DNA of 64,000 nt, from contig CAVYRF010000002.1 of assembly GCA_963770895.1 (NCBI GenBank), positions 4,448,001 to 4,512,000 on the forward strand, in the 5' to 3' direction. The position numbers were made by a program, and so were the translations under genes. The notes below the pieces were generated by a model, which saw only the letters and a list, made by a program, of their open reading frames with translations, was not told where the DNA came from and did no database searches. The DNA is from an uncultured Acidobacteriota bacterium (GTDB lineage Bacteria > Acidobacteriota > Thermoanaerobaculia > Multivoradales > UBA5704). Shown in pieces: positions 44,801 to 57,400 of this stretch (position 1 is its first letter; each line of letters opens with the position of its first letter).

Positions 44801-47800
44801 GCTCGAACAGGTCGGCACGGTACTCCAGGCCGCCGGCCAGGTCGCCGCCCGTCTCGCGCAGCGCCAGGGTGAGGTCGAAGCGCGCCGCGAGCGTCGGGGC
44901 CGGCATCTCGGCGAGGCGCAGGCCGGCGACGGCGGGCAGCGCGGGCGGCGCCTGCTGCAGGGCGAGCATCGCCTGGAACAGCGGCGTCCGCGACAGGTCG
45001 CGAACCGGCTGCAGGTCGCCGACCAGCTGTTCGAACGGCAGCTCCTGGTGGGCGTAGGCGTCGAGCGCGGTGGCGCGCACCCGCTGCAGCAGCTCGCCGA
45101 TCGCCGGGTTGCCGCCCAGGTCGAGGCGCAGCACCAGGGTGTTGACGAAAAAGCCGACCAGCCCTGCGGTCGCCGGGTGGCCGCGGCCGGCGACCGGCGT
45201 GCCCAGGGTGAGGTCGTGCTGGCCGCTGTAGCGGCCCAGCAGCAGGCCGAATCCGGCGGTGAGCGCCATGAACAGGGTGACGTTCTGGTCGCGGCAGAGC
45301 CGCCCCAGTGCGGCGGCGAGGGGGCGGGAGACGGCCAGGGGACGCACCGCCCCGCGTCCGCTCGGCACGGCGGGGCGCGGCCGGTCGGTCGCCAGCTGCA
45401 GCGGCGGGGCGCCGGCCAGGCGGCGGCGCCAGAAGTCCAGCTCGCCGGCGATCACGGCGGCGGAGAGGCGGCGGCGCTGCCAGGCGGCAAAGTCGGCGTA
45501 CTGGATCGCCAGCTCCGGCAGGCGCGCGGCGGCGGGGCTGACCGCCGCCAGGGCCTGGTACTGCACCGCCAGCTCGTGCACCAGCAGGCGGATCGACCAG
45601 CCGTCGCTGACGATGTGGTGCATCGCCAGCAGCAGCACGTGCTCGCCGTCCGCCAGGCGCAGCAGCGCCGCCCGCAGCAGCGGCGCGCGGCGCAGGTCGA
45701 AGGGACGCCGGCCGAAGGTGACCGCCAGCCGCTCGGCTTCGCGGCGCGCGAGGCGCCGTGCCGCGGCCAGGTCCACCAGCGGCAGGGCGAGCCGGGCGTC
45801 GTCGTCGATCACCTGCACGGCGTCGCCGTCCGCGGTGGCGCGGAACGCGGTGCGCAGCGATTCGTGGCGGCGCAGGCAGGCGGCCAGGCTGCCGGCCAGC
45901 GCCGCGGGCGACAGCGGGCCGTGCAGCGACACCGCCATCGCCAGGTTGTAGATGGCGTTGCCGGGCGCGAGCCGCTCCAGGAACCACAGCCGCTGCTGCG
46001 CGAACGACGGCGCCATCTCGGCTCTGGGCGCGCTGCGCGCCAGGCGCGGGATGGCGTCGCCGGCGCGGCCGTCCGCCAGGCGCGCCGCCAGCTCCGCCGG
46101 CGTCGGCGCCTCGAACAGGGTGCGGATCGGCAGCTCGCGGCCGAGCTCGGCGGCGACGGCGGCGATCAACCGCATGCCGAGCAGCGAGTGGCCTCCCAGC
46201 TCGAAGAAGTTGTCGTGGATGCCGACGGCGGCGACGCCGAGGAGGCGGCCGAAGATCTCGACCAGGCGCGCCTCGGCAGCGGTGCGCGCGGCCGCCCGCG
46301 GCGCCGCCGGGGCGGCGGGGGTGCCGGCGGCAGGGTCGGCGGCCAGGCGGGCCAGCGCGCGGCGGTCGAGCTTGCCGGTCGGCGTGCGCGGCAGCGCGGC
46401 GAGCTCGACGACGGTCGCCGGCACCATGTACTCCGGCAGGCTGCGCCGCAAGGCTCGCCGCAGGTCGGCGGCGGCGATGGTGGCACCGGCGCGCGGGGTG
46501 ACGCAGGCGGCCAGCTGCCAGCCGCCGTCGCGCGCCTCGATCGGCACCACCGCGGCTTCGCGCACCTCCGGCAGGGCGGCCAGGCGGGCTTCCACTTCCG
46601 CCGGCTCGACGCGGAAGCCGCGGATCTTGCACTGGCGGTCGGCGCGCCCGGCGAAGGCGACCTCGCCGTCAGGCAGGAAACGGCCCAGGTCGCCGGTGAG
46701 GTACAGCCGCTCGCCGGGCACGCCGCCCAGCGGGCAGGGGGCAAACTTCTCCGCCGTGAGCGCGGCGTCGTCCAGGTAGCCGAGCGCCAGGTGGGGGCTG
46801 CGCATGACGATCTGGCCCAGCTCGCCGATGCCGGCCAGGTCGCCGTGGCGGCCGCAGACCAGCAGCTGCGCGTCCTGCATGCCGCGGCCGAGCGGCAGCA
46901 CCTGGTGCGCGCCGCGGCGGTCGCCGCCCGCCTCCAGCGCGTCGGGGTCCGCCACGTGGTAGGCGAGCGCCCGCTGGGTTTCGGTGGCGCCGTACAGGTT
47001 GAGGCAGACCGCCCGCGGCGCCAGGCGGCGGATGCGCGCGGCGTCGCGGCGCGCCAGCGCTTCGCCGATCCACATCACGCAGCGCAGGTCGGGCAGCGGC
47101 GCCACGGCGCCGCCCGGCGGCGGCTCCGCGATCACCTGCGACAGCGCCGGCGTGAGGTTGGCGACGGTGATCCGCGCCGTCGCCATCCAGGCGGCCAGGC
47201 GGCCCGGTTGGGTGATGGCGTCGGCATCGGGGATGACGATCGCGGCCCCCAGGCAGAGCGGCGTGAAGATCTCGCGTTGCAGCGGGTCGTGCGGCAGCGC
47301 CGACAGCATGGCGAAGCGGTCGGCCGCCGACAGGCCGAAGCGCTGCCGCATCCACGGCAGGAAGTGGGTCAGCGAGCCGTGGCGGCCGAGGATGCCCTTG
47401 GGGGTGCCGGTCGAGCCGGAGGTGAAGCCGATGCACGCCAGGTCGTCGGCGCCGGGCTGCCGTTGCCGCGGCGCGCCGGCGGCGCGCGGCGCGATGGGCG
47501 GCTGTGCCGCGAGCCAGGCCCGCAGCGCCGCGGCGCCGCCCCGCGGCAGCACCCAGCGCGGACAGCCGGCGGCGGCGAGCCACGCCGCCACGTCCGGCGG
47601 CGGCTCGCCGGCGGCGGCCAGTCCCAGCCAGGCGCGCGGTTGCGCCAGGCGCAGGATCGTCAGCTGGCGCGCCGGCGGATAGGCGGGATCGAGGATGAAG
47701 AACGCGGCGCCCGCCGCGAACGTCGCCAGCAGCGCCGGCACCAGCGGTGCGCTGCGGTGGGCGTAGATCGCCACCCGGTCGCCGCCGCCGACGCCTGCCG

Positions 47801-50800
47801 CGGCGAGCCGCAGCGCCAGCAGGCGGGCGGCGTCGTGGACCTCGCCGCGGCTCCAGGTGGCGGCGCCGTCCTCGATCGCCGGCCGGTCGGGGTCGCGCCG
47901 CGACTGCTGGGCGAACAGCTGGTCGACCGCGCCGTGCCAGGTGGCGTCCAGCGCCTGCGCCGGGTCGGCGGGGTCGGGCAGCACGGCCGCGGCGCCGGCG
48001 GTGACCAGCGACAGCCGCGCGATCGCTGCGTCGGGGTGCGCCGCGGCCTGGGCGACGACCGCCGCGATCTGCGCCAGCAGGTCCGTCATGCGCGGCGCGT
48101 CGAACAGGTCGGCGTTGTACACCAGCTCGATCGCGATCGCGCCGTCGTCGCCGGGCGGGCGATCGTCGACGTAGAACGTCAGGTCGAACTTGGCGCGCAC
48201 CTCGGGCAGCGGCAGGGTGGCGAGGCGCAGGCCGGTCAGGCGGATCTCGCCCGGCGGCAGGTTGAGCAGGTTGAGCATCACCTGGAAGAGCGGCGTCCGC
48301 GCCAGGTCGCGCTCCGGGCGGAGCTCTGCGAGCAGCGCTTCGAACGGCACGTCCTGGTGGGCGTAGGCGCCCAGCGCGGCGGTGCGGGCCCGTCCCAGCA
48401 GGGTGCGGAAGCTCGGTTCGCCGGAGAGGTCGGCGCGCAGCACCAGGGTGTTGAGGAAGCAGCCGATGAGGGCTTCGGTTTCGACCTGGCGGCGGCCGGC
48501 GACCGGCGCGCCGACGGCGAAGTCGAGCTGGCCGCTGTGGCGGTGCAGCACGACTTCCAGCGCGGCGAGCAGGCCCATGAACAGCGTGGCGCCTTCGCCG
48601 CGGCAGAGGCCGCGCAGGCGCCGGGCGAGATCGGGGTCCAGGCGCAGCTCGCCGCGGCCGCCGCGGTAGGTCTGTGCGGCCGGGCGTGGGCGGTCGGTGG
48701 GCAGGTCCAGGTCCAGGGCCGCCAGGCGGTCGCCGGCCGGGTCCGCCAGCTGGCGGCGCCAGTAGGCCAGCTCGCCGCGCCGCGCGCCGGCCAGGGCGGC
48801 GCGCTGCCAGATGGCGAAGTCGGCGTATTGGATCGGCAGCGGCGGCAGGGTCGGCGCGCGGCGCCGGCGCAGCGCGTCGTACGACTCCGCCAGCTCGCGC
48901 ACGAAGACGCTCGCCGACCAGCCGTCGGCGGCGACGTGGTGCACCACGGCGACGAAGCGGTGCCGCTCCGCCGCCTGGCGCAGCAGCAGGGTTGCGAGCA
49001 GCGGGCCGCGTTGCAGGTCGAGGCGGCGCCCGGCCAGCGCCGCGGTCAGGCGCACGGCCTCCGCCGCGCGCGCCGCGGACGGCAGCGCCGCCAGGTCGGC
49101 GAGCGGCAGCGGCGCGGCGTCCGGAGGCGGCGCGACGCGCTGCACCGGCACGCCGGCGGCGACGGCGAAGGTGGTGCGCAGCGATTCGTGGCGGCGGACC
49201 ACGTGGTGCAGGGCGCCGGCGAGCGCCGGCACGTCGAGCGCGCCGGCCAGCTCGACGGCGAGCGGCATGTTGTAGGTGGGGTCGCCGGGGTCGAGGCGAT
49301 CGAGGAACCACAGGCGCTCCTGGGCGAACGACAGCGGCAGCTCGACGCCTGGGCGGCGCGGGGCGGCGACCAGCGGTGCCGGGGCGGCGCCGCCGCCGGC
49401 CGGGCCGGCGCGCAGCGCCGCGTCGAGCTGCGCCGCGACGGCCGCCACCGTCGGGCGTTCGAACAGGTCGCGCAGCGGCAGCTCCACGGCGCAGCTGCGC
49501 CGCAGGCGGGACACGGCGCGGGTGGCGAGCAGCGAGTGGCCGCCCAGGGCGAAGAAGTCGTCGTGGCGGCCCACGTGGTCGCGCCCCAGGAGCTCGCACC
49601 ACACCGCCGCCACCAGGGCCTCCCACGGGCCGGCGGGCTCGTCGTGGCGGCGCGCGCGGCCGGCGCCGTCGAGGGCGTCGAGGGCGTCGGCGGCGGGGGC
49701 CGCGTCGCCCTCCAGGGCGATCAGGCCGCGCAGGCCGGCCTCGACCCCGGCGGCGGGCGCGGCGGCGCCCGCGGTCCCCTCTGCGTGGTGTGCGACCGGC
49801 GGGGAGCCGGGCGCGCGGGCCGTGCCGGCGGCGGCGCGCGTCAGGGCGGCGCGGTCGAGCTTGCCGTGGGCGTTGCGCGGCAGCGCGTCCAGAGCGAAGA
49901 AGCGCGCCGGGACCATGTGCTCGGGGAGGCGCCGGCGCAGCCAGCGGCGCAGGTTCATGCCGCGCGCGGCGGCGGCCGTGGCGGGCACCACGAAGGCCGC
50001 CAGCGCCGCGGCGCCGGCGGCCGGCGCCGTCACCACCGCCACCTCGCGCACGCCGCCGTGGGCCGCGAGCGCGGCTTCGATCTCCGCCGGCTCGACGCGG
50101 AAGCCGCGGATCTTCACCTGGCGGTCGAGGCGGCCGAGAAATTCCAGCTGACCGTCCGGCCGCCAGCGCCCGCGGTCGCCGGTGCGGTAGAGGCGCGCGC
50201 CGGCGCCGCCCAGCGGGTCGGGCACGAACCGCGCCGCGGTGCGGGCGGGCTCGGACAGGTAGCCGCGCGCCACGCCGGCGCCGCCCAGGGCGATCTCGCC
50301 GGCGACGCCGGCGGCTGCCGCGGCGCCCCACCCGTCGAGCACCCGCAGCACCACGCCGGCGAGCGGGCGGCCCAGCGGCACGGAGCCGGGCGCCGCGCCG
50401 GTTGCGGTCGCCGCGGGCGTCGCCGGCGCCGCGGCGACGCGATGCACGGTCGCCACGACGGTTGCCTCGGTGGGACCGTAGGTGTTGAACAGCGCCACGC
50501 GGCCGCCGAAGCGCCGCTGCCACTGCGCCACGCGGGCCGGCAGCACGCGCTCGCCGCCCAGCACCACGGCGCGGACGCTGGCCGGCAGGCCGTCGCCGTC
50601 CGCGGCCGTGGCGGCCTGACAGATCTCGTGCCACCAGGCGGTGGGCAGCGTCAGCAGGGTGACGGCCTGCTCGCGGCAGCGATCCAGAAAGCTGGCGGCG
50701 GCGCGGCGCATCGGATCGCTTGCCACCACCAGCGTGGCGCCGCTGGCCAGCGCCGGAAAGATCTCCTCGACGCTCAGGTCGAAGCCGGGGGAGGCGAAGT

Positions 50801-51420
50801 GCAGCACGCGGTCGCCGGCGCGCAGGCCGTAGGCGCCGGCGGCGGCCCGCACGTAGGAGACCGCGGCGGCGTGCTCGACCAGGACACCCTTGGGCGCCCC
50901 GGTCGAGCCCGAGGTGTACATGACGTAGGCGAGCCCGCGGGGGGAGGCGCCCGCGGTGGCATCGGTTGCATCGGGGCGCGGCGCGCCGTCGTCCGCCGCG
51001 GCGCCGGCGCCCGCCGCGGCCGCCGGCTGCCGGTCCATGACCAGGATCGGCATCCCGGCGGCGTGCGCGCGCCGGCGCCAGGCGGCCAGGGTGAGGAGCG
51101 CCGCCGGGCGGGCGGCCGCCAGGATCGCGCGCAGACGGCCGTCCGGGTGGGCGGGATCGAGCGGCAGGAAGGCGGCACCCGCCTTGAGCGTCGCCAGCTC
51201 GGCGAGGACCAGCTGCGGCGAGCAGGGCAGCAGGATGGCGACCGGCAGCTCCGCACCGGCGCCGGCGCGGCGCAGGACGGCCGCCAGGGCCTGGGCGCGG
51301 CGCTCCAGCTCGCCGTAGGTCAGGTGGCCCGCGGCGGAAGCGCCGTCGCCGGCGACCGCGACGGCGTCGGGCGCGGCTCGCGCCTGCGCCTCGACCAGCT
51401 GGTGCAGGCCCGGCGGGGCG
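41895..51420 (-). CDS. NRPS, 3' segment: A3-T3-C4-A4-T4-C5-A5-T5-TE
   Basis: Three TSGSTG A domains, GGHS T domains, HHxxxDG C domains, TE GWSLG...GDHY. The frame continues upstream of the ORF-track start to the frameshift at ~51420. Confidence 0.93.
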
Positions 51421-54400
51421 GGGGGCGCTGCCGCCGGGGGCCTCGCCCCACTCCCGCGCCAACTGGTGGCGCTCCGCTTCGCTCAGCAGCGGCAGCGCGC
51501 CCAGGTCGCGGTCCGGCTGCTCGACCGCGGCGGCCAGCAGCCGCAGCCAGGCGCCAAGCAGGCGGCGCGCGCTCGCCGGCGCGAACAGGTCGGCGCTGTA
51601 TTCGAGCTCCGCCCGCAGCTCCTCTCCCGCCGCCGCAACGGTCAGGGTGAGGTCTAACTTGGCGGTCGCGGTGCGCAGCGGCAGCCTTTCGACGGTGAGG
51701 CCGGCGGCGAACGGGCTGGGCGCGCCGATCGCGGGCAGGGGGTCGGTCGCGGCGAAGTCGAACAGCACCTGGAACAGCGGCGAATGGCCGAGGGAACGTT
51801 GCGGCACCAGCGCCGCGACCAGCTTTTCGAACGGCAGATCCTGGCGCAGCTGGGCGTCGAGCCAGACCTCCCGCACCCGCGCCACGATCTGCCGCATCGT
51901 GTCCCACGGCGTCAGGGTGGTGCGCAGCGCCAGGGTGTTGACGAACAGGCCGATCAGCGGCTCGATCTCGACGTGGGTGCGGCCGGCGACCGGCGCGCCG
52001 ACGCACAGGTCCAGCTGCCCGGTCGCGCGTGCCAGCAGCGCCTTCCATGCCGCCAGGAGCAGCATGGACAGGGTGGCGCCGCCGTGCCGCGCCAGCCGCC
52101 GCGCCGCCGCGGCGACCGCCGGCGGCACCTGCAGATGCTCGCTGGCGCCGCGCGCGCTGCGCACCGCCGGCCGCGGCCGGTCGCCCGGCAGGTCGAGCGC
52201 CGGCGGCAGCCCTGCCAGCTGCCCGCGCCACCAGGCCAGCTGGCGTTCCAGCGCGTCCCCCGCCAGGTGCCGGCGCTGCCACACCGCATAGTCGGCGTAC
52301 TGGACCGGCAGGTCGGGCGGAGCTGCCAGGCGCTCGCCGGGCTGCTCGCCGCGGCTGGCGTCATAGAACGCCCGCAGCTCGCCGACCAGGATGCCGCTCG
52401 ACCAGGCGTCGCTGACGATGTGGTGGACGCTCACCAGCAGGGCGTGGTCGCCGGCGGCGAGCCGCAGCAGCACGGCGCGCAGCAGCGGTCCGCGCGCCAG
52501 GTCGAAGGCGCGGCCGGCTTCGGCCTGTGCCAGCGCCGCCTGCTCGGCGGCGCGGCGCGGCGGCGGCAGCGCGGTCAGATCGATCGCCGGCAGCGGGCGG
52601 TGCGGCGGCGCCGCCGGCGGCAGGACCCGCTGCACCGGCGTTTCCGCGACCTCGACGAAGACGGTGCGCAGCACCTGGTGACGCCGCGCCACGGCGGCCA
52701 GGGCAGCCGCCAGCGCCGCGGCGTCCAGCGCGCCGCGCAGGCGCAGGGCGGCCGCCATGTTGTACAGGGTGCCGCCGGGCTCCAGGCGGTCGAGGAACCA
52801 CAGCCGCTCCTGCGCAAAGGACAGCGGCAGCGGCCGGTCGCGCGGCGCCGGCAGGATCGGCGGCGGCGGCTCGATCGGCGGGCCGGCGTGCGGCGCCTGT
52901 TCGATGCGGCGGGCCAGGGCGGCCACCGTCGGGCTCGCGAAGATCTGCCGCAGCGGCAGCTCGACGCCGAAGCGCTGGCGCACGCGCGCGGCGAGGCGGG
53001 CGGCCAGCAGCGAGTGGCCGCCCAGGCCGAAGAAATCGTCGTCCAGGCCCACCGGGTCGACGCCCACCAGCTCGGTGAACAGGGCGGCGACCACCTGCTC
53101 GGCGGGCGACACCGGCGGCCGCCGGGCCGGCGCCCGCGGCGTCGCTGCCGCGGCCGGCGGCGGCGGCAGCGCGCGGCGGTCGACCTTGCCGCTGGGCGAC
53201 AGCGGCAGCCGGTCGAGCCACACGAATGCCGCCGGCACCATGAACGGCGGCAGCCGGGCGGCGAGCAGGCCGCGCAGGTCGGCGGCGTCGGGGCGGGCTG
53301 CGGCGCTGTCGTCGTCGGCGGTGTCGGCGGCGGCGTTGCCTGCCAGGTAGGCGACCAGCGCCTCGGGGGCGCCGGCGGCGGCGGCCAGCGGGCGCAGCGC
53401 GACGGCGGCGGCGTGCACCGCCGGATGGGCCAGCAGCGCCGCTTCGATCTCCCCCAGCTCGACGCGGAAGCCGCGGATCTTCACCTGGCCGTCGATCCGC
53501 CCCAGGTAGTCGACGGCGCCGTCGGGCAGGTGGCGCGCCAGGTCGCCGGTGCGGTACAGGCGCGCGCCGCGCGGCGCCCCGCCGGCCACGCCGGCGAGCG
53601 GGTCGGGCACGAAGCGTTGGGCGGTGAGCGCCGGCCGTCCAAGATAGCCGCGGCAGACCTGGACGCCGCCGATCAGCAGCTCGCCGGCGATGCCCTGCGG
53701 CACCGGGTCCCCGGCCGCGTCGAGCAGCCGCAGCCAGGTGTTCGCCACCGGGCGGCCGATCGGCACCAGGCGCCGCGCACCGTCCGGTTCCGTCGCCCAG
53801 CTGGTGACGTCCACCGCCGCCTCGGTCGGGCCGTACAGGTTGTGCAGCGGCGCCCCGACCGCCGCCGCGTGCTGCTGCATCAGCTGGTAGGACAGCGCCT
53901 CGCCGCTCGCCATCACCCGCCGCAGGCTCGCCAGGCCCCCAGGGCTCGCAGCGGTCCCGTCGGGCAGCGCGTCGACGAAGGCGGCGAGCATCGCCGGCAC
54001 GAAGTGCAGGGTGGTGATCGCCTCGGCGGCGATGGCGTGCCGCAGGTAGGCCGGATCGCCGTGGGCGCCGGGCTGCGCCATCACCAGGCGGGCGCCGGTG
54101 AGCAGCGGCCAGAACAGCTCCCAGACCGAAACGTCGAAGCTCCACGGCGTCTTTTGCAGCACCCGGTCGTCGCCCGCCAGGCCGTAGCGCTGCTGCATCC
54201 ACAGCAGGCGGTTGACGATGCCGCGGTGGGTGTTCATCGTCCCCTTGGGCCGCCCGGTCGAACCCGAGGTGTAGATCACGTACGCCAGGTTGTCCGGCGT
54301 CGCCAGGGGCGGCAGGTCGCGCTGGGAGCCGCGCCGCCAGCTGTCGTCGTCCAGCCAGAGCGTGCGCAGCTCCGGCGGCAGCGGCTCGCCCAGGCGCGCG

Positions 54401-57400
54401 GCGAGCCGGCGCTGGGCCAGCAGCACGTGGGCGCCGCCGTCGGCCAGCATGAAGCGCAGGCGCTCGGGCGGGTAGCCCGGATCGAGCGGCAGGTAGGCGC
54501 CGCCCGCCTTGAGGATGGCGACCAGGCCGACCGTGGCGGCGACCGACCGTTCGGCGCAGATCGCCGCCACCGTCTCAGGCCCCACGCCCCAGCGCCGCAG
54601 CTGCCGCGCCATCTGGTTGGCGGCGCCGTTGAGCGCGCCGAAGCTGAGGCAGTCGCCGGCCGCGTCGGCCACGGCGATCGCCTGCGGGCTGCGCCGCGCC
54701 TGCTCTTCGATCAGCGCGTGCAGGCAGCGCGGGCCGCCGCCGGCCGCGACCCCCCGGCGCTGCCAGTCTTCCCAGGCGACCTGGGTATCGTTCCACTCCA
54801 GCAGCTGCTGGCGATCGCTCGCACCGAGCAGCGGCACGTCGTCCAGGCAGCGGCGCGGGTCGCCGGCGAGCGCCTCGAGCAGCAGCCGGTAGTGCGCCGC
54901 CAGGCGCTTGATGGTGGCGGCGTCGAACAGGTCGCGGCTGTGCTCGAAGGTCAGCTCCAGGCCGGCGGCGGTGTCCACGGCTTGCAGCGAGAGGTCGAGC
55001 TTGGCCGTCGCGGTGTCGATCTCGCGCAGCTCCAGCTGGAGCGTGCCGCCGTCCGGCACGGCGATCGGCGCCACCCGGCGGTCGGCGGCGTTTTGCAGCA
55101 CCAGCAGGGCCTGCAACAGCGGCGCCGCGGCCAGGTCCCGCACCGGCGCCAGCTCCTCGACCAGCCTGTCGAAGGGCAGCTCCTGGTGCGCGAAGGCGTC
55201 CAGGCTCGCCTGGCGCACCCGCGCCAGCATCGCGCCCGCCGGCGGCCGGCCGGCGGTGCTGGCGCGCAGCGCGAGCGTGTTGACGAAGCAGCCGATCAGG
55301 CCTTCGATCTCCAGGCGGTCGCGGTTGGCGACGGGCGTGCCCACGACGACGTCCTGCTGGGCCGACCAGCGCGCCAGCAGGGCGGCGAAGGCCGCCAGCA
55401 GCGCCATGAACAGCGTCGCGCCGGCGCGCTGCGCCGCCTGGCGCACCTCGCCGGCGAGCGCCGGCGGCACGACGACCACCGTGCGCCCGCCGCGCAGGCT
55501 TTGCGCCGGCGGCCGCGGCCGATCGGCGGGCAGCGCCAGACGCGCCGGCGCCCCCGCCAGCGCCAGCCGCCAGTGGCGCAGCGCAGCCTCCAGCCGCTCG
55601 CCGGCCAGCTGGGCGCGCTGCCAGGCGGCATAGTCGACGTACTGCACCGGCAGCTCGGCCAGGGCGGGAGCCGCGGCGCCCGCCAGGGCGGGGTAGATGG
55701 CCGCCAGCTCGCGCAGGAAGACGCCGATGGACCAGCCGTCGCCCACGATGTGGTGCAGCACCAGGATCAATTGGTGATCGCACGCCCCCAGCCGCGCCAC
55801 CACGGTGCGCAGCAGCGGCCCGCGCGCCAGGTCGAAGGGTTGGCAGCCCAGCCGCGAGGCCAGCGCCTGCGCCGCGGCGGGCGCCGCCGTCTCCGCCGCC
55901 GCGAGGGCGGAGAGATCCACCAACGGCGTGGGCAGTGTGAAGTTCGCCAGCAGCTCTGACATCGGCTGTCCGGCGGCCGCCGGGTACGCGGTGCGCAGCA
56001 CCTGGTGGCGGCCGGCGATGGCGCGCAGGCTGGCGGCCAGCGCCGCCAGGTTCAGCGGGCCGCGCAGGTGGAGCGCCCCCGCCAGGTTGTAGGCGGCGCT
56101 GCCGGGCGCCAGCCGGTCGAGGAACCACAGGCGCTCCTGGGCGAACGACAGCGGCGGCGGCGCGGCCGGCAGCCGTCGCGGGATGGGCGCCGGCGCGTCC
56201 GGCAGGCGTTGGGCGAGGCGCGCCGCCAGCCGCCGCACGGTGGGATGCTCGAACTGCTCGCGCAGCGCCAGCTCGCCGCCGGTGGCCGCGCGCAGGCGCG
56301 CCGTCACCTGGGCGGCAAACAGCGACTGCCCGCCCAGGGCGAAGAAGTCGTCGTCGGCGCCGACGGGCGCGACCCCCAGGACCTGCTGCCAGATGCCGGC
56401 GATCAGCTGCTCCAGGCCGGGCCGCGGCGCGGCGAAGGCGGGGCGGTCGCCGTCCGCGCCGGGCGCCGGGCCGGGCAGCGCCTGGCGGTCCAGCTTGCCG
56501 CTGGCGGTGAGCGGCAGGGCGGCCAGCGCCACCACCTGCGCCGGGACCATGGCGGCGGGCAGGCGCGCCAGCAGCCACGAGCGCAGCGCGCCGGGGTCGA
56601 CCGTCGCGGCGCCGGGGGCGGGCACCACGAACGCCACCAGGCGGCGCGGCTCGCCGCGCGCCGCGACCGCTGCCGCGCCCACCGCCGGATGGCGCGCCAG
56701 CGCGGTTTCGATCTCGGCGGGCTCGATGCGTACGCCGCGGATCTTGAGCTGGAAATCGCCGCGTCCCAGGTAGTCGATCGCGCCGTCCGCCAGGTGCCGC
56801 GCCAGGTCGCCGGTGCGGTAGAGCCGGGCGCCGCCGCCGGCGAAGGGGTCGGGCACGAACTTTTCGGCGGTCAGGTCGGGCCGGCGCAGATAGCCGCGGG
56901 CGAGCTGCACGCCGCCGATGTGGAGCTCGCCCGCCACGCCCGCCGGCACCTGGCGCCCGGCCTTGTCGAGCAGGTGGATGCGGGTGTTGGCGACCGGCCG
57001 GCCGATCGGCACCAGCCGACGCGAGCCCGCCGGGTCGCAGGCCCAGGCGGTGACTTCGACCGCGGCCTCGGTCGGGCCGTAGAGGTTGTGCAGCGGCGCG
57101 CCCACCGCGGCGTGGAAGCGCTGCTGCAGGTCGTAGGGCAGCGCTTCGCCGCTCGCCAGCACGCGGCGCAGGTGGCGCCAGCGCGGCCCTGCCGCCGCCG
57201 GCGCCGCCGGCAGGGCCTCCACCGCGGCAAGGAACGAACGCAGCATCGCCGGCACGAAGTGGACGATGGTGACGTCGAGCCTGGCCAGGGCGTCGACCAG
57301 GTAGGCGTCGTCCAGGTGGCCGCCGGGGCGGGCCATGACCAGCTGGGCGCCGGCCGCGAGCGGCCAGAACAGCTCCCACACCGAAACGTCGAACCCCACC

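Noticed and set aside
41800-46632. Apparent 2330-aa CHAT-FGE protein fused to an upstream region
   Set aside because: The upstream part is an out-of-frame reading of the NRPS. The real gene starts near 41799.
46669-51420. C-terminal third of the 4412-aa ORF
   Set aside because: Arg/Pro/Gly-rich nonsense after the frameshift. The real NRPS domains are in another frame.
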